A DNA stretch of 64,000 nucleotides from Mobula hypostoma (lineage: Eukaryota). The translations under genes were made by a program, and so were the position numbers. The notes below the pieces were generated by a model. That model did no database searches and was not told the DNA's origin. It saw nothing but the letters and a program-made list of their open reading frames with translations. Each line of letters opens with the position of its first letter. The stretch's first letter is position 1. Shown piece after piece: positions 1 to 12,960 of this stretch. Location of the stretch: the NCBI RefSeq assembly GCF_963921235.1, contig NC_086101.1, positions 8,122,001 to 8,186,000 of the forward strand, in the 5' to 3' direction.

Positions 1-439
1 TCCAGCATGGACTAGACAGGCCGAAGGGCCTGTTTCGGTACTGTACTGTTTTATAGCTGTATGACTCTGAATAGGGCAGCTAATTAGACCATTTTCTGCC
101 ACAGCCAAATACCCGAGACTGGGTCAATGTAGAACCATCCACTGTTTGTATTTTCCAAGCTGCAATTTTTTGGAATTTAACTTCTAACCAGGTGTTTGTG
201 ACTGTCAGTGAAAAGGGGTAATGCATGTTAATGATGAAACTTCAGAACCTAAAGCATCAGCTCTTTCTCACTTTCCAAAGACGCTGCTTGAACTGCCTAG
301 TGTTCCCTTGTATTTTAAATTAACATTAATTCTTATTATTCTGAAACCTGGTCTATTGCTAGGCCTTAAGTTGGGAAAGATCCGTAGACTCTATTTTATT
401 CTAATTTAATATAAGCATATCGGGTAGAACAAGGCTCTG

Positions 440-625
440 TTGTCCATGTGAGTGATTAGCCTACTAACCCGTACATCTTTGCAATGCGGAGGAAACCGGA
501 GCACCCAGAGGAAATTCACGTGGTCACAGGGAGAAAGTACAAACTTCTTACAGATAGTGGCAGGAACTGAACTTGGGTCGCTAGCACAGTAATAGCCTTA
601 CTCTAACTGCTACACTACCATGTCG
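440..625 (-). mobile_element. HE1-like tRNA-derived SINE (elasmobranch type)
   Basis: Reverse of the recurring SINE body (ggaggaaaccggagcacc...gtggtcacagggagaaagtacaaacttcttacaga); related copies at 12245, 13860, 29520, 35166 and 49375. Confidence 0.7.
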
Positions 626-944
626 CTTCTACCTGCAGACAGAAACAGAACCTGAGAAGTTAGGGATGAAACAGGAACATGGATCCAGAGAACCTTACTG
701 GACACCGCAACAGGATTACAGGGGTGAAGTGGCTTACTTATGCTCCAATGTGGCTACTTAATTACCCATTGTGACCGACACGCATGGACAGGTTGAAAAG
801 GCTCGTGTGGTGTGGCCCTGCTCTAGATACCAGATCTTGCACATTTACTCTATTCTCACACACACATAAACCAAAGCAGTTTATATTATACATTCCTATA
901 CATATACTCACTAGCCACTTTACTCCAATACCTAATAAAGTTAG

Positions 945-1645
945 CACAAGTGTATGTCTGTGGCCTTCTGCTGCTGTAGCCCATAGACTTCAAGTTTCAG
1001 CGTCTTGCAAGTTCGGAGATGCTCTTCTGCACACCACTGTTGTAAATGTGTTTAGAGTTACTGTCGTCTTCTTGTCAGCTTGAACCAGTCTGGCCATTCT
1101 CCTCTGTGTCTGACCTCTCTCACCAACAAGACATAACTGGCCACAGAAACGCCATCACTGCATTTTTTTTTTTTTTTTTGGTTATGTTTTTCCACACAAT
1201 TCTTTGGAAATTCTAGAGACTTGTGCGAGAAAGTCCCCAGGAGATCAGCAGTTCCTGAGATATTAAAACACCCCGTCTGGCTCCAACATTCATTGCAAGG
1301 TCAAGGTTACTTGATCATTCTTCTTCCCCATTCTGTTGTTTGGTCTGAACAACCACTGAACCTCTTGGCAACACATACAAAATGCTGGAGAAACTCACAG
1401 GCCATGCAGCATCTGTGGGAAAAAAAAGCACAGTCGAAGTTTTGAGCTGAAACCCTGGCCTGCTGAGTTCCTCCAGCATTTTGTGTGTGTGCTTGGATTT
1501 TCCAGCATCTGCAGATTTTCTCTTGTTTGTAGCTGAACCTCTTGACCATGTCGGCATGTTTTTATGCACTGAACTGCTGCCATATGAGTGGCTGATTAGA
1601 CATTAGCATTAACAAACAGCTGTACTGGTGCACCTAGTAAAGCCC
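945..1645 (-). mobile_element. Tc1-like DNA transposon remnant, interrupted by a Penelope-type hairpin at about 1345-1535
   Basis: 1540-1645 is the reverse complement of the Tc1-like end at 55620-55720 (ttgaccatgt..gcatg..tttatgca..gagt..ctgcca..tgattggc/ctgattaga..gcattaac..gtacct/gcacct). Confidence 0.65.
1345..1535. repeat. Inverted pair (hairpin) of Penelope-type terminal repeat ends
   Basis: acacatacaaaatgctggagaaactca...ggcc (about 1370-1405) pairs with ggcctgctgagttcctccagcattttgtgtgtgt (about 1457-1490); a 3'-half hammerhead remnant lies between them. Confidence 0.7.
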
Positions 1646-2014
1646 GCTTTTCTTTTAGCGAATATACAGTATATATTTTCTGAAAACGCCGAGCTGGCCA
1701 GGCAGCGCATGTGGAGAGAGAAACGGTTGCTGTTTCAGGGTGATGACCTTTCATTCAAATTAGTCCGCCCTGTTTCTGTCCTGGAGACTGCCAAGGTTTT
1801 ACACTAGGCAAGTCCGTCTTCTATTCACTTCAATCGGTAAAATAGTGCACGTGGCAGCAAAGGGCAGAACTTCATCGCAACAGGTAGGCAACAGTGAGGA
1901 CTGACCAAGTTTTCACAGGTTTAATTGTCAGATTGATGAGTAATACCATCTCTCAGTACAAATTGGACCTCCGGCTCCAGTGCATTAACTGTTTTATTTC
2001 CGTCGCCCCAACAG

Positions 2015-2318
2015 AGCAGAATCGGCGGAGGCCAACAATCTCCTCCTTCAAAGTGGAGTCGGAGCAGACAGTGACACTCGTCTGCTACGTGTCTGGCTTC
2101 TTCCCGGCCGATATCTACGTGAGCTGGAGGACGGACCGCGGTGTGCCGGAGAGGAGCGGCGTCACCAACTTCCCGGTGGTGTCGGACTCGAGCGGGACCT
2201 ACAGCACGGCGAGTCAGATAACCATACCCTTGTCGAATGTGAGCCGTTCGCGAACGTACGTCTGCGTGGTGGGACACGAGTCCCTCTCCTATCCCGGAGA
2301 GAAGCGGTTCCATCTGGC
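2015..2318 (+). CDS. Exon encoding one immunoglobulin C1-set constant domain (family unresolved: IgH-constant-like or B7-H6/SIRP/tapasin-like)
   Basis: LVCYVSGFFPADIYVSW...GTYSTASQITI...YVCVVGHESL: two Cys 60 residues apart, core Trp, Y-x-C-x-V-x-H Ig/MHC motif. Acceptor ttttatttccgtcgccccaacAG|2015 is phase 1, as is typical of Ig exons. Donor GTAAGT at 2319. CpG-rich relative to flanks. Confidence 0.88.
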
Positions 2319-2599
2319 GTAAGTGTACACTCCTGCTGAAGTTGTTACCAGCTGTTGACTGAGAGAAAGTAAGACAGGCCCGACCTTCTGTCAGTTCTGT
2401 GGGACAAAGGTGGCAAAAAAAAAGATTTTGGCACATTGCCCTTCATAAATCAAAGTATTGAGTGCAGAAGATGGGATGTTATGTTGAAGCTGTATGAGAC
2501 TTGATGGGGCTGAATTTGGAGTATTGGAAGTTGGATGATAAGAAGCTTTTAAAATCCAACAAAAGGCAACCTAAAAAGCTATAAGAAGGGGAAAGATGA

Positions 2600-3530
2600 A
2601 ATTTCTGCTCATCCTATTGTAAAGAGGCAGCCTTGTATTTTGAGGCTGTTCCCTCTGGCCCTTGACTCTCCCACGACAGGAAACATTCTCTGCAAGTCCA
2701 CTATGTCTAGCCTTTTCAATGTTCGATTGGTTTCAATGAGATTCCTCACTGTCTCCAAAGTTACAGCGAGTACAGGCCCAGAACCATCACAGGTTAACCC
2801 CTTCATTTTTGGGATCATTCTCACGAACCTTCTCTGGACCCTCTCCAATGCCAGCACATTCTACTTTAGATGAACTGCTCACGATACCCCATTTACTCTG
2901 ACAACTGTCTTATAAAGCCTTAGTATTACACATTTGCTTTTATATTCCAGTACTCTTGAAATAAATGCTAAAATTGAGTTTGCCCTCCTCACCACTGACT
3001 CAACCTGCAAGTTAATCTTCAGGTATTCCCAAGTCCCTCTCCCCCTCTGATTTCTAAATTTGTTTCACGTTTAGAAAATAGTCTACACCTTTATTCTTCC
3101 CATCAAAAGGCATGATCATACACCGCGGTACATTGTATTCCATCTGCCTCCTCTTTGCCCATTCTCCCAGTCTGTCTAAGTTCTTCTGCCAACTCTCTGC
3201 TTCCACGACACTAACTGCACCTCCACCTATCTTCATATAGTATGCAAACTTGTCCACAAAGCCATCAATTCTGACATCCAAATCACATATAGTGTGAAAA
3301 TAAGCTGTCCCAACACCGATCCCTGTGGGTTCATTTGTTACCGGCAGCCAACCAAAAAAAGGCCCCATTTATTCCCACTCTCTTCCTTTTGTCAGTCAGC
3401 CAATCTTCTAGCCGTGCTAGTATCCGCCCTGAAATACATTGGTTGTTATCTTGTTAAGCAGCCTCATGGGTGGCACATTCTCAAAGTCTTTCTGCAAACC
3501 TAATCACTCAACTTCCACCGATTTTCTTGG
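2600..3530 (-). mobile_element. CR1 LINE ORF2 (RT C-terminal) fragment
   Basis: Minus ORFs LALERVQRRFVRMIPKMKGL and FVDKFAYYMKIGG..LDRLGEWAKRRQMEYNV are degenerate CR1 RT motifs. Confidence 0.85.
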
Positions 3531-5803
3531 AAGTAACTCATGCTGACTTTGGCCTATTTTATCATGTTATTGTTGTATTAAAGTCATTTAGTGCCTTTAC
3601 TTCCAATGTTATCTGCCAGTGAGTTAGTTTCAGAAAGTGCAACAAACAGACCTAATTCAATAAATAAAAAGAACCTATTTAGCAACAGAGGGGTCAGGCT
3701 AGAACAATGTCTCCCATTATGAGCAGGGGTAGATTCAGAATTGGACCATAAGACCAGAAAAGATAGGAACAAGATTAGGCCATTTGTCCCATCGAGTCTG
3801 CTCCACCACTTCATCATGGCTGATCCATTTTCCCTCTCAGCCCCAATCTCCTGCCTTCTCTCCATATCCCTTCACACCCTGACAAATTTATCAACCTCTG
3901 CCTTAAATATACCCAATGACTTGGCCTCCACAGCCACCTGTCGCAATGAATTCCACAGATTCACCCCTCTCTGGCTGAAGAAACTCCTCCTCATTTCCAT
4001 TATAAAAGGGCACCCGCCTATTCTTAGACTGTGTCCTCTGGTCTTAGATTCTCCCACCATAGGAAATATCCTCACGACATCCAAACTACCAAAGCCTTTC
4101 AACATTCTTCTCATTCTTCTGAATTCCAGTAGTACAGATGCAGAACTATCAAATGCTCTTCATATGACAAGCCTTTCAATCCCAAAATTATTTTTCTGAA
4201 ACTCCTTTGAATGCTCACCAATGTCAGCACATCCTTTCTTAGAGAATGGGCACAAAACTGCTCACACTACTCCAAGTGATGCCTCACCAGTGCTTCGTAA
4301 AGCCTCAATATTACCTTCTTGCATTTATATTCTAATCCTCTTGAAATGAATGCTAACACTACATTTGCCTTCCTTACCACAGACTCAACCTGCAAGTTAA
4401 ACTTCAGGGACTACACAAGGACTCCCAAGTCCCTTTGAGCATCAGATTTTTGAGTTTTCTTTCCATTTAGAAAATAGTCTACTCTTTTATTTCTTCTACC
4501 AAAGCGCATGACCATACACTTCCTGACACTGTATTCCATCGGCCACTTCTTTGTCCATGATACGAATCTGTCTAAGACCTTCTGTACCCTCCCTATTTCC
4601 TCAAAATTACATGCCCCTTCACCTATCTTCATATTGTCTGTGAACTTTGCAACAAAACTATCAATTCCATCATCCAAATTATTGACATGTAACATAAAAA
4701 GAAGTTGTTCCAATAAAGACCCCGGTGGAACACCACTAATCATCAACAGCCAACCAGAAGAGGCTCCCTTTATTCCCACTATTTGCTTCCTTCCAATCAG
4801 CTTTATCCATGCTAGAATCTTCCCAGTAATACTATGGACTCTTAACTTTTTAAGCAACCTCATATGTGGCATCTTGTCAAAGGCCTTCTGAAAATCCAAG
4901 AACACAACATCCACCAAATATCCATTGTCTATCCTGCTTAATATTTCTTCAAAGAACTCCTTCAGATTTGTCAAGCAGGACTTCCCCTCGAGGAAACCAT
5001 GCTGACTACACCATATTTTATCATGTGCCTCCAACTACCATGATACTACATCCTTATCAATCAACTCCAGGTCAGACAAACTGGCCTATGATATCCTTTC
5101 TACTGCCCTTCTCCCTTCTTGAAGAGTGGACTGACATTTGCAATTTTTCAGTTTTCCAGAACAATTCCTCAATCTTGAAAGATCATTACTAATCCCCCCA
5201 CAATCTCTTCAGCCACCTCTTTCAAAACCCTGGTGTGTACACCATCTGGTCCAGTTGATGTATTTACCTTCAGACCTTCCGGTTTCGCAGAACCTTCTAC
5301 TTTATAATGGCAACTTCATTCCCCTTGAACTCTTGAGCTTCCAGCATACTGATGCAAAATACTTATTCGGTCATCTGCTATTTCTTTCTCTCCCATTACT
5401 ACCTCCCCAGAATTGTTTTCCAGCGGTCTGATATCCACTATCGCCTCTCTTTTACACTTTATGCATCTGAAGAATCTTTTGTTATCTTCTTTAATATTAA
5501 TGGCTAGCTTACTTTCATATTCCATCTTTTTCATCTTGACTTTTTTAGTTGCCTTCTGTGGGTTTTTAAAACCTTCCCAATCCTCTAACTTCCCATGACT
5601 TTTCACTCTTTTATATGACTTCTCTTTGGCTTTTACGTTGGCATTGACTTTTCTTGTTAGCCACAGTTGTGTCATCTTTCCCTTAGAATACTTCCTCCTC
5701 TTAGGGATGTATGTATCTTCCACCTTCCAAATTACATAGAACATAGAACATAGAATAGTACAGCACAGTACAGGCCCTTCGGCCCACAATGTTGTGCCGA
5801 CCC

Positions 5804-7522
5804 TCAAACCCTGCCTCCCATATAACCCCCCACCTTAAATTCCTCCATATACCTGTCTAGTAATCTCTTAAACTTCACTAGTGTATCTGCCTCCACCACT
5901 GACTCAGGCAGTGCATTCCACGCACCAATCACTCTCTGAGTAAAAAACCTTCCTCTAATATCCCCTTTGAACTTCCCACCCCTTACCTTAAAGCCATGTC
6001 CTCTTGTATTGAGCAGTGGTGCCCTGGGGAAGAAGCGCTGGCTATCCACTATATCAATTCCTCTTATTATCTTGTACTCCTCTATCATGTCTCCTCTCAT
6101 CCTCCTTCTCTCCAAAGAGTAAAGCCCTAGCTCCCTTAATCTCTGATCATAATGCATACTCTCTAATCCAGGCAGCATCCTGGTAAATCTCCTCTGTACC
6201 CTTTCCAATGCTTCCACATCCTTCCTATAGTGAGGCGACCAGAGCTGGACACAGTACTCCAAGTGTGGCCTAACCAGAGTTTTATAGAGCTGCATCATTA
6301 CATCGCGACTCTTAAACTCTATCCCCAAACTTATGAAAGCTAACACCCCATAAGCTTTCTTAACTACCCTATCCACCTGTGAGGCAACTTTCAGGGATCT
6401 GTGGACATGTACCCCCAGATCCCTCTGCTCCTCCACACTACCAAGTATCCAGCCATTTACTTTGTACTCTGCCTTGGAGTTTGTCCTTCCAAAGTGTACC
6501 ACCTCACACTTCTCTGGGTTGAACTCCATCTGCCACTTCTCAGCCCACTTCTGCATCCTATCAATGTCTCTCTGCAATCTTTGACAATCCTCTACACTAT
6601 CTACAACACCACCAACCTTTGTGTCGTCTGCAAACTTGCCATCCCACCCTTCTACCCCCACATCCAGGTCGTTAATAAAAATCACAAAAATTAGAGGTCC
6701 CAGAACAGATCCTTGTGGGACACAACTAGTCACAATCCACCAATCTGAATGTACTCCCTCCACCATGACCCTCTGCTTTCTGCAGGCAAGCCAATTCTGA
6801 ATCCACCTGGCCAAACTTCCCTGGATCCCATGCCTTCTGACTTTCTGAACAAGCCTTCCGTGTGGAACCTCGTCAAATGCCTTACCAAAATCCATACAGA
6901 TCACATCCACAGCACTACCCTCATCTATATTCCTGGTCACATCCTCAAAGAACTCTATCAGGCTTGTTAGACACAATCTGCCCTTCACAAAGCCATGCTG
7001 ACTGTCCCTGATCAGACCATGATTCTCTAAATGCCCATAGATCCTATCTCTAAGAATCTTTTCCAACAGCTTTCCCACCACAGACGTAAGGCTGACTGGT
7101 CTATAATTACCCGGACTATCCCTACTACCTTTTTTGAACAAGGGGACAACATTTGCCTCCCTCCAATCCTCCGGTACCATTCCCGTGGACAACGAGGACA
7201 TAAAGATCCTAGCCAGAGGCTCAGCAATCTCTTCCCTCACCTTGTGGAGCAGCCTGCGGAATATTCCGTCAGGCCCCGGGGACTTATCCATCCTAATGTA
7301 TTTTAACAACTCCAACACCTCCTCTCCCTTAATATCAACATGCTCCAGAACATCAACCTCACTCATAGTGTCCTCACCATCATCAAGTTCCCTCTCACTG
7401 GTGAATACTGAAGAGAAGTATTCATTGAGGTCCTCGCTCACTTCCACAGCCTCCAGGCACATCTTCCCACCTTTATCTCTAATCGGTCCTACCTTCACTC
7501 CTGTCATCCTTTTTTTCTTCAC
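5804..7522 (-). pseudogene. CR1 ORF2 reverse transcriptase domain, 572 aa uninterrupted
   Basis: KSPGPDG, NYRPVSLTSVVGKLLEK, SQHGFVKGR, VICMDFGKAFD, VPQGSVLGP, KFADDTK motifs. Confidence 0.93.
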
Positions 7523-8394
7523 AAATTGAAGAATGCCTTGGGGTTTACCCTACCCGCCAAGGCCTTCTCATGCCCCCTTCTTGCTCTTCTCAGCCCCTTC
7601 TTAAGCTCCTTTCTTGCTTCCCTATATTCCTCAATAGACCCATCTGATCCTTGTTTCCTAAACCTCATGTATGCTGCCTTTTTCCATCTGACTAGATTTT
7701 CCACCTCACTTGTCACCCATGGTTCCTTCACCCTACCATTTTTTATCTTCCTCAGCGGGACAAATTTATCCCTAACATCCTGCAAGAGATCTCTAAACAT
7801 CGACCACATGTCCATAGTACATTTCCCTGCAAAAACGTCATCCCAATTCACACCCGCAAGTTCTAGCCTTATAGCTTCATAATTTGCCCTTCCCCAATTA
7901 AAAATTTTCCTGTCCTCTCTGATTCTATCCTTTTCCATGATAATGCTAAAGGCCAGTGAGCGGTGGTCACTGTCCCCCAGATGCTCACCCACTGAGAGAT
8001 CTGTGACCTGACCCGGTTCATCACCTAGTACTAGATCTAGTATGGCATTCCCCCTAGTCGGCCTGTCCACATACTGTGACAGGAATCCATCCTGGACACA
8101 CTTAACAAACTCTGCTCCATCTAAACTCTTGGAACTAATCAGGTGCCAATCAATATTAGGGAAGTTAAAGTCACCCATGATAACAACCCTGTTATTTTTG
8201 CACCTTTCCAAAATCTGCCTCCCAATCTGCTCCTCTGTAACTCTGCTGCTGCCAGGGGGCCTATAGAATACCCCCAATAAAGTAACTGCTCCCTTCCTGT
8301 TCCTGACTTCCATGCATACTGACTCAAAAGAGGATCCTGCTACATTACCCACCCTTTCTGTAGCTGTAATAGTATCCCTGACCAGTAATGCCAC
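7519..8394 (-). pseudogene. CR1 ORF2 AP-endonuclease (EEP) domain, frameshifted relative to the RT
   Basis: GVFYRPP, VVIMGDFNFPNIDW, PTRGNAILDLVL, GDSDH motifs. Confidence 0.92.
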
Positions 8395-10189
8395 CCCTCC
8401 TCCCCTTTTCCCGCCCTCCTTTCAGCCCTTCTAAAGCACTGAAATCCAGGAATATTGAGAATCCATTCCTGCCCTGGTGCCAGCCAAGTCTCTGTAATGG
8501 CCACTACATCATAATTCCATGTATGTATCGAAGCTCTCAGTTCATCACCTTTGTTCCTGATGCTTCTTGCATTGAGGTACACACATTTCAGCTCTTCTAC
8601 CTTACTACCTTTATACCGTTTATTCTGCTTCTCTTTCCTCAAAGCCTCTCTGTATGTTAGATCTGGCTTTACTCCATGCACTTCTTTCACTGCTCTATCA
8701 CTCTGGGTCCCATCCCCCTTGCAAATTAGTTTAAACCCTCCCGAACCACGCTAGCAAACCTACCTGCAAGGATATTGCTCCCCCTTGAGTTCAGGTGCAA
8801 CCCATCCAATCTGTACAGGTCCCACCTTCCCTAGAAGAGATCCCAATGGTCCAAAAATCTAAAACCCTGCTCCCTGCACCAACTCCTCAGCCACGCATTC
8901 AACTGCCACCTCCTCCAATTCTTACAATCACTGTAAGAATTTTGCTGCAGAATTGCTGCAGAAATTTCAGTCATTGTTGTTCTGCCTGTCAGGTGTTCTT
9001 TTCCAGTCAATTTTAGCTACCTCCTCCCTCATGCTTCTGTAATTTCCTTTACTTCACGGTAATACTGATATATCTGACTTTAGCTTCTCCTTCTCAATTT
9101 TCTGGGTGAGTTGTATCGTATTATGATCTCTTGCCCCCAAGGGTTCCCTTAACCTTAAGCTTTCCAGTGAATTCCAATTCATTGCACAACAATCAATCCA
9201 GAATAGGTGATCCCCTTGTGGGCTCTAAAAAGCCATCTCGTAGGCATTCAAGAAACTCTCCCTCTTAGGATCTAGCACCAACATAATCTTCCAATATACC
9301 TCATATTAAAATCCACCATGATTATTTTAACATTCCCCTTTTGGCATGCATTTTCTATTTCCCATTGTAATTTGTAGATCATATCCTTATGACTCTTTGG
9401 GGACTGTATATTACTCCCAGCAGGGTATTTTTACCCTCGCAGTTCCTTAGCTCTACCCACAACAATTCAGTACTGTACCTTCCAACCCTATATCACCTCT
9501 TTGGAATGATTTAATTTCTTTTTTTTTAACCAACACAGTGAGCAATCCTCTTTGTCTACTTGCCTGTCCTTTCAATACAATGTGTATCCTTGGATGTTAA
9601 ACTCCCAGCTATAATCTTCCTTCAGCCATGATTCCATGATGGCCACAACATCATACATGCCAATCTGTAACTGTGCTACAAGTTCATCTACCTTATTCTA
9701 TATACTGTGCACATTTAAATATAAAATCTTCAGTCCTGCATTCACCCTTTTGTGATTTTGTCCACCACAACTCATCCTGTTGACAGCAATGTTGCCCTAT
9801 TGTCAGCCTCTCCTTGCTAGAAGTTTCACTACACACTGCCTCTGTTTGTAAACCAACTACTCCATTTTCAGGACTATCACTCTGATTCCCATACCCCTGC
9901 CAGACTAGTTTAAACCCTCCTGAACAACTCTAGCAAACTTGCCCTCAGGGATATTGGTCCCCCTTGGGTTCGGGTGTAACACCCCGCTTTTGTACATGTC
10001 ATAACTTTCCCCAGTAAAGATCCTAATGATCCAGAGATCAGAAACCCTGCCCCCTGCAGCAGTTCCTCAGCCATATATTCATCTGCCAAATCATCCTAGT
10101 CTTACCCTCACTGTCGCATGGCATGGGCAGTAATCCAGAGATTACTACCCTGAAGGTCCTGTTTTTCAGCTTTCTATCTTACTCCATAA

Positions 10190-11175
10190 AATTGGTTGAA
10201 TGATCAGAAGCAGAGGGTGATGCTTGATGGTTGATTCTCCAACTGGAAGCCTGTGACTAGTGGGGTGTTGTGAGGACCCTTATTATTCTTTACTTATCTA
10301 ATAATTGATTTTGATGTGAATGTACAATACGTGGCACCATTAGCAAGTTTGCTGATGATACTATGTTAGAGGGGCTTGTTGATTATGAAGCAAGTTGTAA
10401 AGAGACGTTGATCAGTTATGAAGATGGGCTAAGGAGTGGCAAATTGATTTTAACTGTGAGGTAATGTGCCTTGGATGTTCAAACCAGGGTATGGCCTATA
10501 CAGGGCACCGATGAGTATTGTGGAATAGAGGGACAGGTACACAGTGTGATGAAAGGGGCCTCGCACAGAGACGGGATGGTGAATAAGGCATTTAGCACAC
10601 AAGCCTTCATCAGTCAGGGCATTAACTTTAGGAGTAGGGGCATTATATGTCATTGATGAGACCTCACTTGTAGTATTATGTACAGTTTGTGTCACCCTGC
10701 TATAGCAAAGATATTGTCAAGCCGGAGAGGGTACAGAAGGAATATAAAAGGTTGCTGCCTGGACTAGAGCAAATGAGTTCACGGGAGAACATGGCCAAAC
10801 TGAATCTTTAATTCCTTGGGTCATAGGAGGATGAGAAGTGACTTCCAAGAAGTTTTAAACTCATGAAGAATATTGATAATTTAGATGGTAATAGTCTTTT
10901 TCTCAGGGTAGAGGGAGTTAAAAACTAGAGGACACGGATATAAGATGAGAGAGGTAACTTATTTACGCAGAGTATATGGACTACCTGGAATGAGCTGCCA
11001 GAGGAAGTGGCAGTGCATACGACTGCAATATTTAAAGACATTTGAGTACCTAAATGGAGGGGAAGGGCCTGAATGGTTATGGGCTAAACAAGGGCAAACA
11101 GGACAAGCAGAGAGGATTCTGTGGTCAGCATGGCCCTGTTGGGCTGAGTGGCCTGTCTCCATGCTGTATGACTAA
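10190..11175 (+). mobile_element. Degenerate CR1 3' fragment
   Basis: Recognisable RT-region remnants (aagtttgctgatgatac, gccttcatcagtcagggc) and a CR1 3' end near 11130-11175. Confidence 0.75.
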
Positions 11176-11344
11176 AATATCTCCATTTCGGTTTAAGATC
11201 AGAGGTGAAAACCTTTTCACACAGACAATGAGTATATAGAACAAGTTGCCAGAGGAATTGATGGAGGAAATCATGAGGAATTCAGACAGTCATGGGGATT
11301 GGAAAAGTTTGGAGGGATATGGGCCGAAGGCTGGCAATTAGTTG

Positions 11345-11610
11345 AGCATGGCCAAGTGGTTAAGGCATCGGTCTAGTGATCTGAAGGTCACTAGTTCGAG
11401 CCTCAGCTGAGGCAGCGTGTTGTGTCCTTGAGCAAGGCACTTAATCACACATTGCTTGGCGATGACACTGGTGCCAAGCTGTATGGGTCCTAATGCCCTT
11501 CTCTTGGACAACATCAGCCGGTCTTCCATACAACCTTGCCCAGGCCTGTGCCCTGGAAGCCTTCCGAGGTGCAAATCCATGGTCTCATGAGACTAACAGA
11601 TGCCTATAAA
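11345..11610 (+). mobile_element. tRNA-derived SINE (second family)
   Basis: A-box TGGCCAAGTGG and B-box-like AGTTCGAGCC followed by gtgtccttgagcaaggcactt; an opposite-orientation copy lies at 23545-23845. Confidence 0.75.
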
Positions 11611-11998
11611 TGCTAGAGATTCTGCAGATGCTGGCAGTCTTGAGCAACACACACAGAGTGCTGGAGGAATTCAGCAGGCCAGGAAGCAACTATGGAGAAG
11701 AATAAACAAACACACACAAAGACACTCGGCCTGAGGATGAGTGTCAGCCTGAAGTATGGGCTGTTTATTCCTTTTGTGTAGATTAGGTAGGCTCTTGGCA
11801 AATTCACCATGGTTGAGTTCCATGATTTTCCACCTGATCTCTCAGCCTTCTCTTGTTTCTCTGCCTTTGGAAACAAGAGAGCACCAAAATGTTTCTGAAA
11901 AGCCCTGTCAGATCTCTCATTATCCTTCCCTGGTCTGGAGAAAACAGTTTGTTCCCCTCTCTGAGCTCCGATACCACTCCAGAGCCAGCCCTGCTCCT

Positions 11999-12223
11999 NN
12001 NNNNNNNNNNNNNNNNNNNNNNNNNNNNNNNNNNNNNNNNNNNNNNNNNNNNNNNNNNNNNNNNNNNNNNNNNNNNNNNNNNNNNNNNNNNNNNNNNNNN
12101 NNNNNNNNNNNNNNNNNNNNNNNNNNNNNNNNNNNNNNNNNNNNNNNNNNNNNNNNNNNNNNNNNNNNNNNNNNNNNNNNNNNNNNNNNNNNNNNNNNNN
12201 NNNNNNNNNNNNNNNNNNNNNNN
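11999..12223. other. Assembly gap (225 N)
   Basis: Run of n characters. Confidence 1.
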
Positions 12224-12244
12224 GATTCATTCCAGTGTCCTCTA

Positions 12245-12460
12245 TAAAGTGTTTGTACATCCCTCCACAGGAATGCAGAGGTTTTTTCTGGGTGCTCTGG
12301 TTGCTTCCCACAGTCTGAAGTCACACCAGTTAGTAGGTTAATTGGTCATTGTGTATTGTCCTGTGATTAGGACAATGGTAGGTTAATTGGTCATTGTACG
12401 TTGTCCTGTGATTAGGCTGGGATTACCAGGCAGTGCAGATTGGTGAGCCAGGAGGGCCAA
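12245..12460 (+). mobile_element. HE1-like SINE with internal tandem duplication
   Basis: gtttgtacatccctccac..gggtgctctggttgcttcccacagtc; gtaggttaattggtcattgt..tgtcctgtgattagg occurs twice. Confidence 0.7.
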
Positions 12461-12818
12461 TGGATGGATGCTGTGTCAGATTTGTAGCATCTGCGGGTTC
12501 TTTATTTTACTGGCAGCTGTGAGGCAGCTGAAATAGGCACAACTTCACTTGTGAATTATAACCCCTCTTCACATGACGGGTTCATTTCTGGGAATTGTTA
12601 GGAGAAATTCCTAAATTCAAAAACGCCAGTGCAATTGAATTACAGGAGCCTCACTGTGGGTGAAGAAGCTGTGCTTGAGCAAGACAGCTGTTTGAATTTA
12701 AGGGTGATCATGCTACGATTTATAAATCAGTCGTTCGTAAATCAAAGACAATGTCATGCAATCTTGTGTTTGTGAGCTTGCTACATGTGTAACGTTTTGA
12801 AGTTGCTCTCTCTTTCAG

Positions 12819-12960
12819 CTGAGGATCCCAAGGGCAGATTTTCCAATTGCCTGGAATTCCCGCCGGTCTGAACTGACCCAACTGGAGTGATATTTGTACT
12901 TGCTTCCAGAAGTTACCCTTCCAGTCCTGATCGAGAAGTAATAAACACAGTTATCCCTCT
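12819..12960 (+). other. Candidate 3' terminal exon of the Ig-domain gene
   Basis: Acceptor ttgctctctctttcAG|12819. All three frames stop within the exon. AATAAA at 12940 with further AATAAA near 13026 and 13068. Joining to the phase-2 donor at 2318 gives GC|C TGA (Ala-stop). Confidence 0.35.

Larger units (their letters stand above)
5734..8934 (-). mobile_element. Young CR1 LINE: ORF1 esterase C-terminus, near-complete ORF2 (APE endonuclease + RT), (TTCTATG)n-type tail
   Basis: ORF2 lies in three overlapping frames (8690-8340, 8394-7519, 7522-5804). Tail acatagaacatagaacatagaa at 5734. ORF1 end WLRSWCREQGFRFLDHW..DGLHLN at about 8745-8900. Confidence 0.95.
3745..10170 (-). mobile_element. 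Older CR1 LINE (3745-5733 plus about 8955-10170) split by a younger nested CR1
   Basis: RT motifs (QHGFLEGKSCLTNL..DVVFLDFQKAFDK..AKFTDNMKIG) at 4411-5034. The sequence resumes after the insert with endonuclease and ORF1-end homology; aatt at 5730-5733 and 8951-8954. Confidence 0.8.

Noticed and set aside
6401-8266. Plus-strand ORFs over CR1 copies (also 4508-5431, 25532-26236, 36115-36597)
   Set aside because: Antisense shadows of LINE ORF2.
11345-11420. tRNA gene
   Set aside because: A/B boxes run into a SINE body repeated at 23545-23845; no complete cloverleaf.
11613-12341. ORFs spanning X runs
   Set aside because: Open only because of the N gap.
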